64,000 nucleotides of DNA. Origin: the human T2T-CHM13v2.0 reference genome, Homo sapiens. The notes beneath the pieces are model-generated. The model was not told where the DNA came from. It worked only from the letters and a program-made list of their open reading frames with translations, and ran no database searches. The stretch lies in assembly GCF_009914755.1 (NCBI RefSeq), contig NC_060934.1; one strand, given 5' to 3'. The position numbers were made by a program, and so were the translations under genes. Position 1 is the first letter of the stretch. Every line of letters starts with the position of its first letter. This document shows positions 32,816 through 48,940 of this stretch, piece by piece.

Positions 32816-33546
32816 GCACCCCTCCTGTGTCCACAGTCTGGAAGCATCGAAGGCAGTAGGCTGGGGGCAGTCACAGGAGCCACCTCATTTGTTTCCTGCG
32901 TCTCAGAAGTCATTGTCCTTCGTTGCTTGATGTCCGGTGTCCTGAAAGCTGTTGGTTCATAATTTGGTTTTCTGGTTTTTTCAGGTGAGAGAGTTTATCC
33001 CAGAGGCTAGTTTTTGAAATGATACCCAGGCTGTGAGCATTTCCTCTGTGTGTGTGTGAATTTTGGTTTGTATATATTATTTTGTTTTTAAGGCAATACC
33101 TTCACCATTGAAAGCAAAACCTATATAAAGCAAAACTTACAAAGATTTGCCAGAGATTTGCTTCACTTTCATGGAATCAAGGGCAAATAACCAGGTTACA
33201 GAGTCTTTAGGGTCAGGTGAAATTTAGCCTGTGTTCCAGCAGAGGCCAGACAGCGTTCAGCATCCCCGCACGTCCTTGGGGCGCCAAATCACTTTGACGT
33301 CTGCTGATTGATTTCAAATTGCACAGATATATACTGTTCAAAGCTGTGGCCTACGGGGGCAGTGTGAGATATATTCAAGGTGGGTTGACTTTTAATCAAT
33401 ACGATGACAATATTATCTTGTTTAATTTGTATGATGGTGGTTGTAAACATCAAATCAAGCCATTTATTATGTCAAAAAAAGATGAAGGAGCCCGGGAATA
33501 AAACTCTCCTGACATCACTTCTGAGCGTATTTCACTGCCGTGACAG

Positions 33547-33638
33547 GCCGTCATGATTGGGGACGATATCGTGGGCGACGTCGGCGGTGCCCAGCGGTGT
33601 GGAATGAGAGCGCTGCAGGTGCGCACCGGGAAGTTCAG
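33547..33638 (+). CDS. LHPP: LHPP coding exon (exon 6), 92 bp, contains HAD motif IV (GDDIVGD)
   Basis: AVMIGDDIVGDVGGAQRCGMRALQVRTGKF(R). Acceptor ttcactgccgtgacag|GCC, donor AG|gtcagt. In frame with exon 5. Confidence 0.98.
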
Positions 33639-35299
33639 GTCAGTGCCAGCTGGAGTCATTTATTCACCTTCCTTCCAGGGGATGACCACATTCTCATTCT
33701 GTTTTGTTCTTCAAAATAAAGGGGATATTCTTTCCAAATCAAAGAGCAGTATGTGGGCATTCACTATCTTGTATGTAATGGACCTCTAAGAACAGGGCTG
33801 AGTGGTCTTTTATAGCAGACAGTGATAAAGTAGAGTGGCTTTTGATACAGGGTCTGGGTTTTGGAATGGCGTGCAGTGCAGAGAGAAATAAGCAAAGGCA
33901 CTATCCATCCTGGCGGCGGCCCACCAGGGAGTTGGGCCGAATTTGTGCTGCTGTCCCTTTGGCAATTTGATCAGACCCTGCACTACGGCAGTTACAGCTG
34001 TGGGCACTCAGCCCCTTGGACAGCCTCCCTCTCCTTTTGTTCACTTTCTCCACTCTGTAAGACACAGAGAGCCTGGAGACGACAGAGGGTTGCTCAGGCA
34101 TGCCCTGGAGCAGAACCTCCATCTCAAGAAGAAGGTTGTGTTTTATTTGCTGGCAAAAGTCTGCCTGGTCTGGAGCAGCTGTCAGGGGTTGGGAGCTCCC
34201 AGGCATGTGGAGGGCCCTGTGGTACCCAAGCTCCAGCTCGCCTGGTCATCGAGAGGATCTTGGACATCAGAGTGTTGCCTTGCCTTATGCTAGATGGTTT
34301 CGATTGTGGCCATTCAGAGAAAGTACATCTTTGCAGATGCTGGGGAGACTTGGTTGAAACATGGTTACCTGGAGGTACTTGGATTTGGGGTGGGGGCAGT
34401 TACATTTGTCCTGAGAGATCTGCTTAGGCAGGACCAGAGAAGACAGATCAGAGGGCCCGACCGTCGCTCTGAAGTCTCTCCTGCGGGTTGGGAGCTGTGG
34501 CTGAGTGCGAGGTGAGTGAGGAAGGCTCAGCGCACCTGGGTCCAGGGTCAGGAAGTTGGTCCCTTCCAGCTACCTCCCAGACCCTCCCAGGCTTCCCCCG
34601 ACGTGTATGACATATGGGCCTTCTTTCTTTCTTGAAGTTGGGTTTTGTGGCTCCCCTTGGTTAGGCCTGGCCTAAGGGAGTGAGGGAGACCCCACTCACA
34701 AGCCACAGGAACGTTTTTTTCCAAGAGACCAGCCAGGGGTCCCCCAGTCCCCAATCCTGCCTTTCCTGCAAAGGTCGCAGAGCCTGGTCTTGCTGCTGCT
34801 CCCAGGCGAGGGGCTCTCCGCTGACAGCGGACCTCGGGGCCCTATAGTTGATGCCGGGTGCTGCCTGGCGTCAGCCGTCAGGAGCCCAGCCCGGCGCCCC
34901 ATGCGTCTCAGGGCACACCTGTGACCCGTGAGCACAAGTGACACCTCCCTGCTTGGGAGCACAGCGGTGTGGCTCGGCAGGAGGTGGAAAGGGAGAACCG
35001 TACTGTGTTGTGTACTGGGCTTCTTCCAGTTCCTTGGAGGAGAAACATGTCTGTCCTGAATGCCACCTCAGTTGGGGTCTTTCTGGCCAGCCCAGGCCAG
35101 GTGCCCCTATAAACTGAGAATGGGCCTCTGAAGAAGGCCCCCCACAGCCCACGAATGCAGGTGGGCACGAGGGAGGCTGTGCCCACCCTACGCCAGCAAG
35201 GGTTGGTGCTTTTCAGATTCCGGTTACCTGCATGCTATTTAAAGAAGAGTACGAGGTGGGCATCCCCCATGACACTGTCTCCCGGAGAGAGAGAAACTC

Positions 35300-35672
<373 letters not shown>

Positions 35673-35811
35673 TAGATAAACAGACTGGTAATATTTTGGT
35701 TTTTTCTTTTTATAAAAATGGGATGATATTGTTTTGCAGCCTCCTTTTTCCTTGAACACTGTTTTATGGCCTCTTTCTACAAGTGTCTTCATAATGATTT
35801 TTTTGGTAATT

Positions 35812-36499
<688 letters not shown>

Positions 36500-36504
36500 T
36501 CTTT

Positions 36505-36715
36505 CTTTTTTTTTTAACTTTTAAGTTCAGGGGTACATGTGCAGGTTCATTACATAGGTGAACATGTATCATGGGGGTTTATTGTACAGATTATTTCATC
36601 ACTCAGATATTAAACCTAGTACCCATTAGTTATTTTTCCTGATCCTCTCCCTCCTCCCCTCTTCACCCTCCAACAGGCCCCAGTGTGTGTGTTATCCTGT
36701 GTATCCATGTGTTCA
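36505..36715 (-). mobile_element. L1PA 3' end fragment
   Basis: ttttaagttcaggggtacatgtgcagg...gtacagattatttcatcac. Confidence 0.8.
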
Positions 36716-36805
36716 GATGCTGTAGGAAAGGAATCAGTGTAGTGCCGGGCACACAGCAAGCCCTCAGCAAATGGCCAGGGTGGGGAGCACGTGCGGCCAC
36801 TACTG

Positions 36806-36847
36806 TCCATATCCATCCGTATCCATGCATATCCATCCATATCCACC
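36806..36847. repeat. (ATCCATCCAT)n-like 10-bp repeat
   Basis: About 4 imperfect units. Confidence 0.7.
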
Positions 36848-37124
36848 AAGCTCCAGACATGGAGTCACCTGCCTCCATTGAAGAGGATGGGACTTAGCCC
36901 ATTTGTTCCTAACGAGATTTAAAATGTCAGACCTTTTGATTTGTTTGTAAGGATGCAAATCTGCCTTTGTTAACATGCAGGACAAAGGGAGAAGAGTGTT
37001 AGCTTGGCTAAGGTAGGGACCCAGTCGCTGGGGGAGGCCACATGGGCATCAAAGGAGGTGGGGCTCTGCGTGTGTAGGTGTGCCCCAGTTAAAGGGATGG
37101 GAGGTCTCCCAGCCATTGGTGACT

Positions 37125-37365
37125 CTCTGGAGCTGCACTGTCAGACACAGTAGCGGCGAGCCGCAGGGGGTGACTTGTAGCTCGCCCACAGTGAGACGTG
37201 CAGGAAGTGTAAAATACACACTGGATTTCAGAGACTGGGTGGGGAGAAAGGATTGTGAAAGAGCTCATGAGTATTTTTTTATATCGGCTGCATGTTGAAA
37301 TGCTGATATTTCGTGTTAATTTCACCCATTTATTTAAATTTTTGTTAACGTGGCTACTAGAAAAG
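37125..37365 (-). mobile_element. MER33-like hAT MITE
   Basis: aagtgtaaaatacacactggatttc...catgttgaaatg...gtggctactagaaaa. Confidence 0.65.
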
Positions 37366-40300
37366 GTTCGCTGGCTTCTGCAGGAGTGTTGGTGGCCCCA
37401 GGTGGCAGCTGCCCTCCTCCTGCACTGTCCCCTTCTCCCTCCAGATGGTACTCTTGGTACACAGATACACTGAAATGCTGGAGGGGCGTGGGGTCCTGGA
37501 TGAGTGGCTGATGGGGCCTCGCTCTCTGGAGGGCTGTTTTGGGACTGGAATTGCCTGCGTGGTGCTCCCTATGGATGTGTGGCCAGCCTGGGGCCAGCAC
37601 ACAGCCTCTGGAGTCAGCCGGGCACCTGCCGCTGGGCCGGCATCCCTTCCTTCCAGGAAATACCCCCAGCCAGGCTCTATGGAGCAGCACCTCGCCCTTC
37701 CAGGGCCACCCCCAGCCCTCTGGCACCTCAGCACGGCCCCATTCTGCACAGCGGTGAGCCCCCCAGGGGCAGCAGCTGTGTCTCCTCTGCAGCTGAGGCA
37801 TGTCGTCGCAACCCTGTGCTGAGCCTCTCCTCTCCTGCAAGTGGCCCAAAGAGGCCTCAACAGGGGCCAATGACCACTGGATGGGTCAGCTGGGCATCAG
37901 AAGGCCTTCCAGGCTCTGTCCTCTGTTGGTGGCCTTGGCGGAAATGGGAGAATGAAGGGGGAGGAGGGGTGGCCTTGTCCTGGGCCCAGGTGGCAGAGAG
38001 CCCTGCAGTGAGTAACTGCGCTCACACTTGGTTTGAGGCCAGGGCAGCATGGGGAGGCCGTCCAGGCTGGGGCAGCTGGCGGGTGGGGGCAGCGGTCAGT
38101 CCTGCCAGTCACTGGCACCAGGAAGGGGGAGAAGCCAGAGGGATGACTGAGGCCTCCCACTGGTCCTGCTGTGGGACGTGCCCTCAGCCAAGGTCTTCTA
38201 GTACGGAGCACGCACACGTGCACGCACTTACACGTACACACACACACACACACAATTGTTTCTGAGGCAGCTGTCAGGAGTCTGAGAGGCCGAGAGGTGG
38301 CTGAGGAGTGGGATTCGGCCGCTGACTGGCAGTGAGATCTCCTTGTCACCTTAGATGTATCCATTTCTCTTGTTTTCATTATAAAATGGCCCAAAGAGAG
38401 TGAAGCCTCGGGGTTGGGAGAGATTGCAGGTGGCTTAGCTCTGGAGGGAAAGTTTTGCAGGGCCTGCTCCCCAGGAAAGCATCATCCCCGGGCAGGGGTG
38501 TCTGGAGCTTGGCCCAACAGGGCTGCCCAAGAGCCCTGGACAGGGAAGCACAAAGCTTTCTTTTCATACCTGCTCCCTGTGGAAATCCTGCCCAGCCAGG
38601 GGGCGGCCCTCACCTGGCTGGCAGGTAAAGGCCTTCTGGGTGTTCCCTGCCTGCCCTGTTCCCAGGACTCCTGGCGCATTGGACATGGCTGCTCCCCCAG
38701 ACTCCTCGAGGTCCCATCCAGCCACAGCGTTCCTGCTGCCCAGGCCCTGGACAACAGTGTCTCCTCCGTGGGGGGTCCTGTGCCATGGGTGGCAAATCCT
38801 CATGATGCCATGAGTCCTGCAGCCCCAGAGGGTGCTGCTGCCCTGCCGTGAGAGGCTTTTTCAGATGGGACAGCTAGGACCTTGGCCAAGGCCACCTGGC
38901 AAGGTTTTACAGAAGCTGGACTGGAACCTGGCCGCCCCCAGTCCCCTGGGCGGGTGCTTTTCCTGCACTTTTCCCTGGTAGAATGTCCTGCCCTTGGGGC
39001 CACATTTTGCAGCAGTCACAGGGCCTGGCCTCACTCCAGGGCTCCATGTTTGGATGCGAGGCCCAGTGGGTAAGTGCACTGCTGCCCACGCCCCCCCCCC
39101 CCAGCACTGTCTGCTCCTCCCTGCTTGCCTGCCTGTCAAGGCAGCCCTCATCTTCCTTGGAGGATGGGGCTGGGCTGGGAGCCTGCGCCCTCCCATTCTG
39201 ACAAATGAGTAGAGGGAAGGGACGTTTTGCCCAGTTCCAAGGTGCCCTCTCTGTCCTCAGTGGAGAAGGAAGAGCCGCTGGCACATCTGAGCCACAGACC
39301 CTTCCTGCCTCTTATATCCCCACCAACCTGTGTTCCTGTGGACATGCCAGAAACCAGGCCGTGTGGCCTCTCACCACCCCATCACTCTGTTCGCTGTTCC
39401 ACGCCACACCCTGCAGCCACCACCCAGTCAAAGGCGCCACTGCCTGGGAAGCCCCTGCGCTAGTCCTGGTGCTGCTGTGTAAATAAAGCCGCGATGCGGA
39501 GCTCGCCTCTGGTCTTCTCTTATTGTTTACCCAAGGCTGGCAGATGTTTTATAAGCCCCGAACGTTCTTGACAAACAGTTTGCCCTTCGGAGAGGGAAAG
39601 TTTCCTGGACCGTGATTCCCGACATCCTGCAAGGTCCCTTCTAGCTGTGGCCTGGGTGCTGAAGGGGTTTCCCCCCAGTGGGGTGGCCAGCCGATCTAGG
39701 ATTCCAGCCGCCTTGCACAAAGCTGGAAGACGAGGGGCTGCAGGGTGCATGGCTGTGGAGCTGGCTGCGTCGGGAGGGAGAGTGCCCCCACGCCTGGCCT
39801 TTGACCTTGGAAGCGGCTGCCGTCAAAGCAGCAGCTTGTCCTGGGTCTTCCCAGACTTCGCAGTGACGGATTTCAGAGTGTTTCCTGTTACGAGAAGGCT
39901 GTGGATTCGCTTTGGAACATGACAGATTTTTCTTCTGTGCTACGTGGAGTGTGAGGGAAGGAAGTGAAACTGGTGTTAATTTTTCAGCAGTCACATGTCA
40001 AAGTGAGTGGCTAGCAAGCAGGGGGGTCCAGGCTGTGGTGGCCCTGGTCAGCCTTCCAGGAGTCAGGACCCTCCTGCTGCCCTCCTGTGTAAACAGACCA
40101 GCCAGGGCAATCCGAGCCAGCCCCGGTGGAGAGAAAGGGCCAGTGCTGGGCTTGGGAGCTCACCCCAAGTTCCTCGGGTACTCATCCTGGCAGTGCAGGG
40201 AAGGGCACCGGGAACAGGCCTGTGGAAAAATCCACTGTGCAATGAGTCCGTGAATCCCAGACATCCTCTCAGCAGCCCTCTGGTCCTGCCCGGGATAGAG

Positions 40301-40556
40301 GCTGTGGCTTCTGGTGTAGGTGGGCACTTCTGGGCTCAGAGGGGTCATTTAGCTCACCTGAGGTCACACGGAGTGGGACCCACCCCAATTTAAGCCTGTA
40401 CACTTTTTTCTTTTGTCTCTTTTGGTAACAGCTTTATTGAGAAATCACTCCCACGCTGTATAACTCAGTGGTTTTCATACATTCACAGAGCTGTGCAGTC
40501 GTCACCACAATTTTATAACATTTCATCACCCCAAAAAGAAGCCTCAAATCGTTTAG

Positions 40557-41365
<809 letters not shown>

Positions 41366-42734
41366 CTAGTCCCTGATTGACATGCCCAGTCCTGCAGGGG
41401 CGGCCCCGCCTTGCCGTGGGCACAGTGGCCGCGGTGACTGGGCCTGCTTTCTTCTCCCACATGGCTGGCTTCCCTCCAACATGGCGCTGGCTCTTCCTTC
41501 TCTGACCTTTATCCAAGTGGAATCGCACACTGTACCGTTGAGCTGTGGCTTGTTCATCGTGTCCTCTGTGGCTCCAACACCCCTCTCTGCCCGTCCCTCA
41601 GAGGGAACATCTGGGTGGGTCCCAGTTTGGCCCTTCTGCACTGGCTGCCAGGAATGTTCTGGTTTTTGTCTCCTGGACACATGGGCGTGAGTCCTTCTGG
41701 GGCGGATCTGCTGATAGATGGCAGTGCTGGGTCATGGAGGAGCATATGTTCAACTTGACCAGATGAGGCCAGACGGGTTTATGCCCCCACCACGGGGGGA
41801 CCCTGTTGCTCCCCGCCCCGACCATCACGAGCTGTTCTGGGAGGGAGGCCCATGTTCTTCCCAGTTTACGGTCCTGGGAGGTTTCTGGACATTGTCAGCA
41901 TGTGGCAGTCCCGGACGCTGGGCCTCCTGAGAGAGTGGGGAGGAGACCCGAGGCGGAGGCGAGTGTGTGAAAGGAGGCTGGTGGGGTCCACATGGCTCAG
42001 CAGGTGAACATGGGGTTTCCAGGGGCAGACACCCCATCGTGGCCCCCATGGCTTTGGTTGGGGCAGCATCAGCTTCCTCCTCTGCTGGGTTTCCTGCCTT
42101 CTGTTGGCTGCTGGGGCAGGGGAGACAGGATTGGGAACAGTCACCCTCTCTGATACTGACCCTCATTAGCATTCTTGGTTCCTGAGCAAGGCTGCTTCAT
42201 GTCCAGGGCAAGAGGGGAAAGATGTTAAAACCTGAACCCCCCTGCTGGGCTTGGTGCCGCCTGTGGGAAAACCGGTGGGCTGAGGGCTGGGGGGCTCTGA
42301 GCTGAGGAAGGGGGTCCCAGGTGGAGGCCGGGAGGTGGCTGCAGAGTGAGGCCACAAGGCCTGGGGGTTGGCCCAGAAGGTAGGACCCCTGTAGGCAGCC
42401 TCCCAACCCCAGGAATTTGCCTCTTGGGAACGTGCAGGTCCCTCGAGGGTCCTGGAAGGCGCTGGAGTGGTGGGACAGGGATTGAGGGAGCGTCAGCAGG
42501 GCCCTCTCTTCTCCCTAGAGCCGCTCAACACGTGTTGCAAGGCACGTGCTCTGGACCTGGTGCTCACACGTGCTCTTCTCCCAAGACACTCCCTGAAGCG
42601 CGTTCCCCAGGAGCTGGAAGGGGGATAACGCAGGTATGCCTCATGGCGGGGCCAGTGCTCGTGCTTACACACACTCGGCCTCAGCTCGTCTACACCCTGC
42701 AACAGCCCAGAGAAGCCACCCGCCTTCTTACCCC

Positions 42735-42850
42735 TACCATTTAGATTTGCAAATGGAAGCTCAGAGAGGTGAAGTAACTTGCCCAAGGCCACACAGCCTA
42801 CCAGTGTCAGAATCGGGATTCGAACCCACCTCTGCCTGACTCCAAGGCCT
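42735..42850. mobile_element. MIR
   Basis: gctcagagaggtgaagtaacttgcccaaggccacacagc..ggattcgaaccc. Confidence 0.8.
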
Positions 42851-44130
42851 GTGCCCCTGAACATTCTCAAGCCACCCCCCAATTAGCCAAGTGTTGCTGG
42901 AGCTCTGAGCAGGGGCCGGGCCTCACAAAACAATAGTAGCCAGTGTGGGGGCTCACAGGACTGGTCAGCTCCCGCCCTCCCCCGCTTTGGCCCCCTCCAC
43001 ACACACACGACCTGCTGCTGAGCTGGACATAAGCAGGACCTGGCTCTGGGGGCTTCTGACCTAGGGCAGGCCCTGAAGTTGGTCATTAGACCCCACCCAC
43101 CCACCTGAGAGCCTGGCGGAGATGTGACAGGTGACAGCCCCAGAAGTCCCATCGTTGCTGCCTTTGTGGTTAAAGTCCGCTGAACCCAAGCGCTCTCTTC
43201 CCCTCCAGTGTGTGGTGGGGAGGTGGGGAGGGGACCCAGGCAGATCTGGGAAGCCGTGGCCAGGCCGCAGCAAGCAGGGGAAGAAGGGGCCCGCAGTGAA
43301 CTTGCAGCAGGAGCTGTGGCCACCGTCCTAGCCAGGCCGGCCACCTGCCCAAAATGTTCTCTAACCTTAACATGAACCTGGGCCACTTGGGCTCTGCTGG
43401 ATGCCCACAGGGCTGCCAGAGCCTGCCCGCCACAGAGCCCCTCTGAGACCTGGAGTCTCACCTGAGCCCTCTCGCTGCCCACAGGGCTGGCCTCTGCCTT
43501 TCCGCTGCTGCTCTGCGGCTCGGGGACACGGCCAGGGCTGGTGGCGCTTACAGCCCAGGGGCAGGGGAGGGCACATCCCCCACAGCATTCACCATTGCTG
43601 CTGTGTTCTGATGCATCAGGGAATCTGCATTTTTGACCCTTTGATTGCTACATCTTTTCCAGCCTGGAAAAGTGAAGAAGGAAGGAAAGGGGGCTCAGAG
43701 GCCCCTGACTCCTGTCCTTGCAGGCACAGCTGGACGCAGTTCTTATTTTCAACCATCTTGCAGCAGTGGTTTTATTTGTGCACAGGTTCCTCTGTGTCAT
43801 GGGTGGGTCCCAGGATGTGAACCCGGTGTGCTCCTCTAGCTCCACTGTCCTCAGGTTGGGGACAGCCAGGGACAAGGCCCCCTACTCCAGCTCCAAACGT
43901 AGTTCCAGGCTGGAGTGCCTTTTGCCCAGGCCCAGCCTGATAGCCCCGGGTGCTCTCCCTGACTTTTCATGAGCCCGGGGGCTGAAACCAGAGCAGCAGG
44001 GAGACAGAAAAGCCCAGCCCCACCCTCCAGAGGGGGAGTCCAGCTGCCCGGAGACCCCAAGAGCACTGCCAGAATCTGGGTATGAGACCCAGTCCCCTGC
44101 CGCGTGCTAACCATGTAACCTTGGACATGA

Positions 44131-44435
<305 letters not shown>

Positions 44436-44547
44436 TTGAGCATGATCTTTGCCTTGCTTGCCTCTGGGTTTCCTCATGTGTCAAGTGGGGCTGAGCCCCA
44501 GCTGTGTGGGCTGAACAGGGGAGGGTTAAGCTCGGCCCCTAGAGTGA

Positions 44548-45042
<495 letters not shown>

Positions 45043-45410
45043 TTCCCCACTGCCTTTAAAATCTCTATGGTCCCCACTGCCCACGGGAGGAGGCCCAACC
45101 CTGTCCTCTGTTAGTCCCCTGGTCCCCGTAGATATTTACCAAGCACCTACTATGGCCAGGCACTGTTGAGGATGTTGGGGGATCGAGTGAATGTGGCAGG
45201 TGTCCCCTGCCCTCTAGGGCTGTTCTTCCTTCTAGGGAGGGAGGTTCAAGCCCCTCTCCTGATGCCCAGCTGGCCTCCCAGCGTCAGGGATCTCTGCTCT
45301 GCTGGTCCCCTGGAGTGGCCCTGGGGCCACCACATAACACTTTTGTAAGAATAAGAGTTATTTTTTATGGCACAATCGTCCCTGCCCTGGGTTTGTGAAT
45401 TTGGGGGTTT

Positions 45411-45697
45411 CTTTTTTTTTTTTTTTTTTTTGAGACAGAGTCTTGCTCTGTCACCCAGGCTGGAGTGCAGTGGTGTGATCTCGGCTCACTGTAAGCTCCG
45501 CCTCCCGGGTTCATGCCATTCTCCTGCCTCAGCCTCCTGAATAGCTGGGACTACAGGCACCCACCACCACCATGCCCAGCTAATTTTTTTGTATTTTTAG
45601 TAGAGACGGGGTTTCACTGTGTTAGCCAGGATGGTCTCAATCTCCTGACCTCGTGATCTGCCCGCCTCGGCCTCCCAAAGTGCTGGGATTACAGGTG
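45411..45697 (-). mobile_element. AluY-like, missing ~15 bp at its 5' end
   Basis: Reverse Alu consensus. Confidence 0.9.
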
Positions 45698-46176
45698 TTG
45701 GGGGATTCTTAAGAAGGAAAACCACCTGAAAGTGCGGGGTTATTAAAAACAGAAACCAACCCATGCACCCACCACTCACGAGCAGCCCACACAGCTCCCA
45801 CCTGACCAGGGCTCCCCCTTCTCATGGGTGAGTGAAAGTTGCTGAAAATAGGCCTCCTGGTGAGGAACCTCCCAGCCAGCCCTGTCAGTGGCACTGAGGC
45901 TGCCCTCCGACTGTGGCATCCCCCATGTCTGTCCTCATTACTAAGCAAAAATTTGTGCAGAGGAGTGCTCTACACTTTCCAAGGGTTTAATCCAGGAGCT
46001 GAGGGCCAGGGGCTCCATGACTGTAGACTCAACATCCTGGGCCACAGCCATCCGTGAGGGGGAGGACGAGGGGCCACGCCCTGCACTCTGTCCCAGCATC
46101 CCCTCTCCCTGGAGCCGTGCAGAGATGGCCTCATTTCATCCCACACTCACATGCGGGTCCTAGACACCGGCTCATG

Positions 46177-46240
46177 CACACACACACACACACACACGCA
46201 CACACACACACACACACACATGCGCACATGCACCCACACA
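46177..46240. repeat. (CA)n microsatellite
   Basis: Interrupted CA run. Confidence 0.9.
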
Positions 46241-47749
46241 CTCTCTTTGCCTGTGGGAGGGCAGGATCCCAGCTGCCCCAGCGGGGAAGGGGTGTGGGGA
46301 ATCAGCCCTGCAGATGCGGTGTGAGGGGCAGACATGGCATGCTGGTCTTTGGCAGTGTGGTCCCAAGTGGGGGCGGCTGGAGAGGTGCCTTGCCACAGGG
46401 CCCAGGCCACCCGCATGCATCCCATGAGGCCGTCCAAGCCCGTCTGCCCTGCATCAGAGAGGACACCCCAATGCGGGGAGGGAGGAACCTGGTGAAGCCA
46501 GGAGCGGTGGGCAGGGGCCAGCAAGGATCCCCAGGCCCCCAGGGCAGTGTGCATCCGGCCTTCTTGCATGCCCACCTGGCATCCTGCCTGCCGCCTCCTG
46601 CCTCCCGCCCCACCCCTCCTGCGTCCCAGCCTGGTGGACCTCTCAGGGTTCACTCTCATTTCCTCCTCCCCACGCCACCTGCTCGGGCCACAAGAGGGCG
46701 CCTTGCTGCCAGGGATGGGACAGGCCGGGCCTGCTGGAGCCAGGGCCGATGCACGCACAGCTACATACACTCACCCGGGCCCACGTGTGCTCACGAGGGG
46801 CCCCCATACCCACACGATCCCGCATCCACATGTGCGCACACCAGGCCCCACAGGTTCTCAGGCCCAGGCCACACATCCACAGGTGCCCACTCTCATGCTG
46901 GCCTCATAGTGCATGCACACACACACACACAAATATACATACACTCACGCCCAGACCCCCCCACGCCCCAGGCCACACATGTGGGCCTGCTCACACCCCA
47001 CTCATTCCCTCCCAGATGCCGCGCCACCCCCATGCCCTGTGTGCCCTCTGCCTCTCGGGGCCCTGGGGCCCCAGCTCCAAGAACCACGGGCTTGCTTTAG
47101 CCAGGCTTCCACAAGCCTGCCCATTCCTCAGGACACTGACCCTCTCCTCTGCCACCCTTCACGGGTGCAGACGATGAGCATGGAGAACACCACAGCGCGC
47201 AGGGCCGAGGGCCACCATCAGAGTCTCCTGCAGCCCTGGATTCCCTGGGCCTGAAGCAGGCAGAGCGGCCAAGGTAGCCTCATCAGCCTCACCAGCCCGT
47301 CCTTGTCTCCCTGGCACCTTGTCAGAGAGAGGCCTAAGAACACGCTCTGGGCATTGGGGGCCTCCCAGTGTTCCCTGCGAGTTTGGAGAGGCCAGGTCCC
47401 TGGGATGAGGACACGCCCACCCGCCAAGCTCCCCTCCTGCCAGTCCCACCTGGAGCCTTCATGCATGCTGTCTGCGCCCTTCACCTGTCCCACCACCTCT
47501 TCTTCGGCCTGCCTGGATCCTGCCATATCCTCAAGGCCTTCCCTGGTGATGGAATTCCAGAGTCCTCCCAATTGCAAGGGCCTGAGGGATCCGCTGCCCT
47601 CCAACCCCACACCCCGTCTCAAGGTCATGTGCTAATCCCGTGCAAGCTGGGGTGTGGGCTGGCTGCCATGTCAAGCTCGTTTCTGTTGTACCCAAAACAC
47701 AGTCTCACCTCCAGAAGAATTACCTGGCACTCCCTGGAGTTCCCGCAGC

Positions 47750-48940
47750 CTTCTCATTTTCAAATAATTTTTCAGATTTCCAGAATAGAAAGAAATTCCA
47801 TACACCCTTCTCCCAGAGACAGACCCCATTCAAGCTTTGCCAATCATTCCATGAACTCCTCTAGAGAGGGGAAGACCCAGTCCGGGGCCAGGCAGCTCTC
47901 TCTGGTCTCTCTGGACTCCGTCCTGGAGCACTTCCCTGTCCTCGCCTCAGTTCTCACAGATTGCCAGTTTTGAAGATTACGAGACAGTCATTTTGTGTGG
48001 TGTTTTCTCATGATACAACCCAAGTTACGCGTTTGGGGCTAGCATTGCTTAGAAGTGGTGCTGTGCTTGTTCTCATAGGCATGTAATGTTGGTTTGCCCA
48101 AATATTGCTGATGTTAACCTTGACCTCTTGTTTAATGGCAACCACATAATGTGTTTTTCCCCTTTGTGATTGATACGTATTTGTGGGGAGATGCTTTGAG
48201 GTGATGCGATGTCCCACTTTCATCTGCCAGTTTTAGTGTCCCTTAGTATTTCTTGTTTGAATGAATGATTTCTATGATGGTCGCCAAATAACTCCATCAT
48301 TCTTCCTTGTATTTACTCCTGGTGTTTTACTTTAAGGAAAGATGTTCTCTTCTTTCCACTGATTGATGTATGCCAGTGTGGGCTCGTGGCTTCCTATGTA
48401 ATTCAGTGGGTTATCGTCTGTTAACCGTCATCACTGGGATATTCAGATGGTCCCCGATGCAGGCACTGGCAGCCCCTTCAGGCTGGCCCTGTGACCTTTC
48501 GGCACATCCTCACCGTTCTTTGAGCCCTTCCTTGCATTTTGGCCCAAAAAGATGTTTCAGGTTCATTTGTTCAGTCTTTGCTTCAGCCCTGGAATCGGCC
48601 ATTTCTCCAAGGAGCCCCAGTTCCTTCCAGTGGAGGGCACTGTTGAGAATCTCAGCCCAGGGCCCCAGGTGTGCTTGTGTTGTCTCTGGGCATTGCTGCT
48701 CAGGCCCTGGCGGTGGACAGAGGTAGGAAAGATGCGCATGGTATGCAGGTGTGACACACACATGCGTCCGTGCTTACCCTACCCACCTGGACCTGCCCAA
48801 AAGCCCGAGCTCACAGCAGTGCCTCCGATTCCAGTCCAGCAGCACAGGGTTCCTTCTCACCTCATGCCTTTACACGTTCATGCCTTCCTTCCACAGCAGG
48901 GAGAAGCCTGGCTTCCTCATTCTCTCTCCATCTGCTTATC
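47750..48940. mobile_element. Degraded L1MC/ME-type 3'UTR fragments
   Basis: tgatgttaaccttgacc..., cagccctggaatcggccatttctccaaggagccc resemble L1MC4-type sequence. Confidence 0.55.

Noticed and set aside
37334-38394. Cluster of overlapping 125-253 aa ORFs
   Set aside because: No recognisable homology, ORFs on both strands and GC-rich composition; no splice-consistent link to LHPP.
46054-47100. Longest ORF in the track (348 aa)
   Set aside because: Non-ATG start, crosses a (CA)n microsatellite, low-complexity His/Pro/Thr composition and no recognisable domain; expected by chance in GC-rich DNA.
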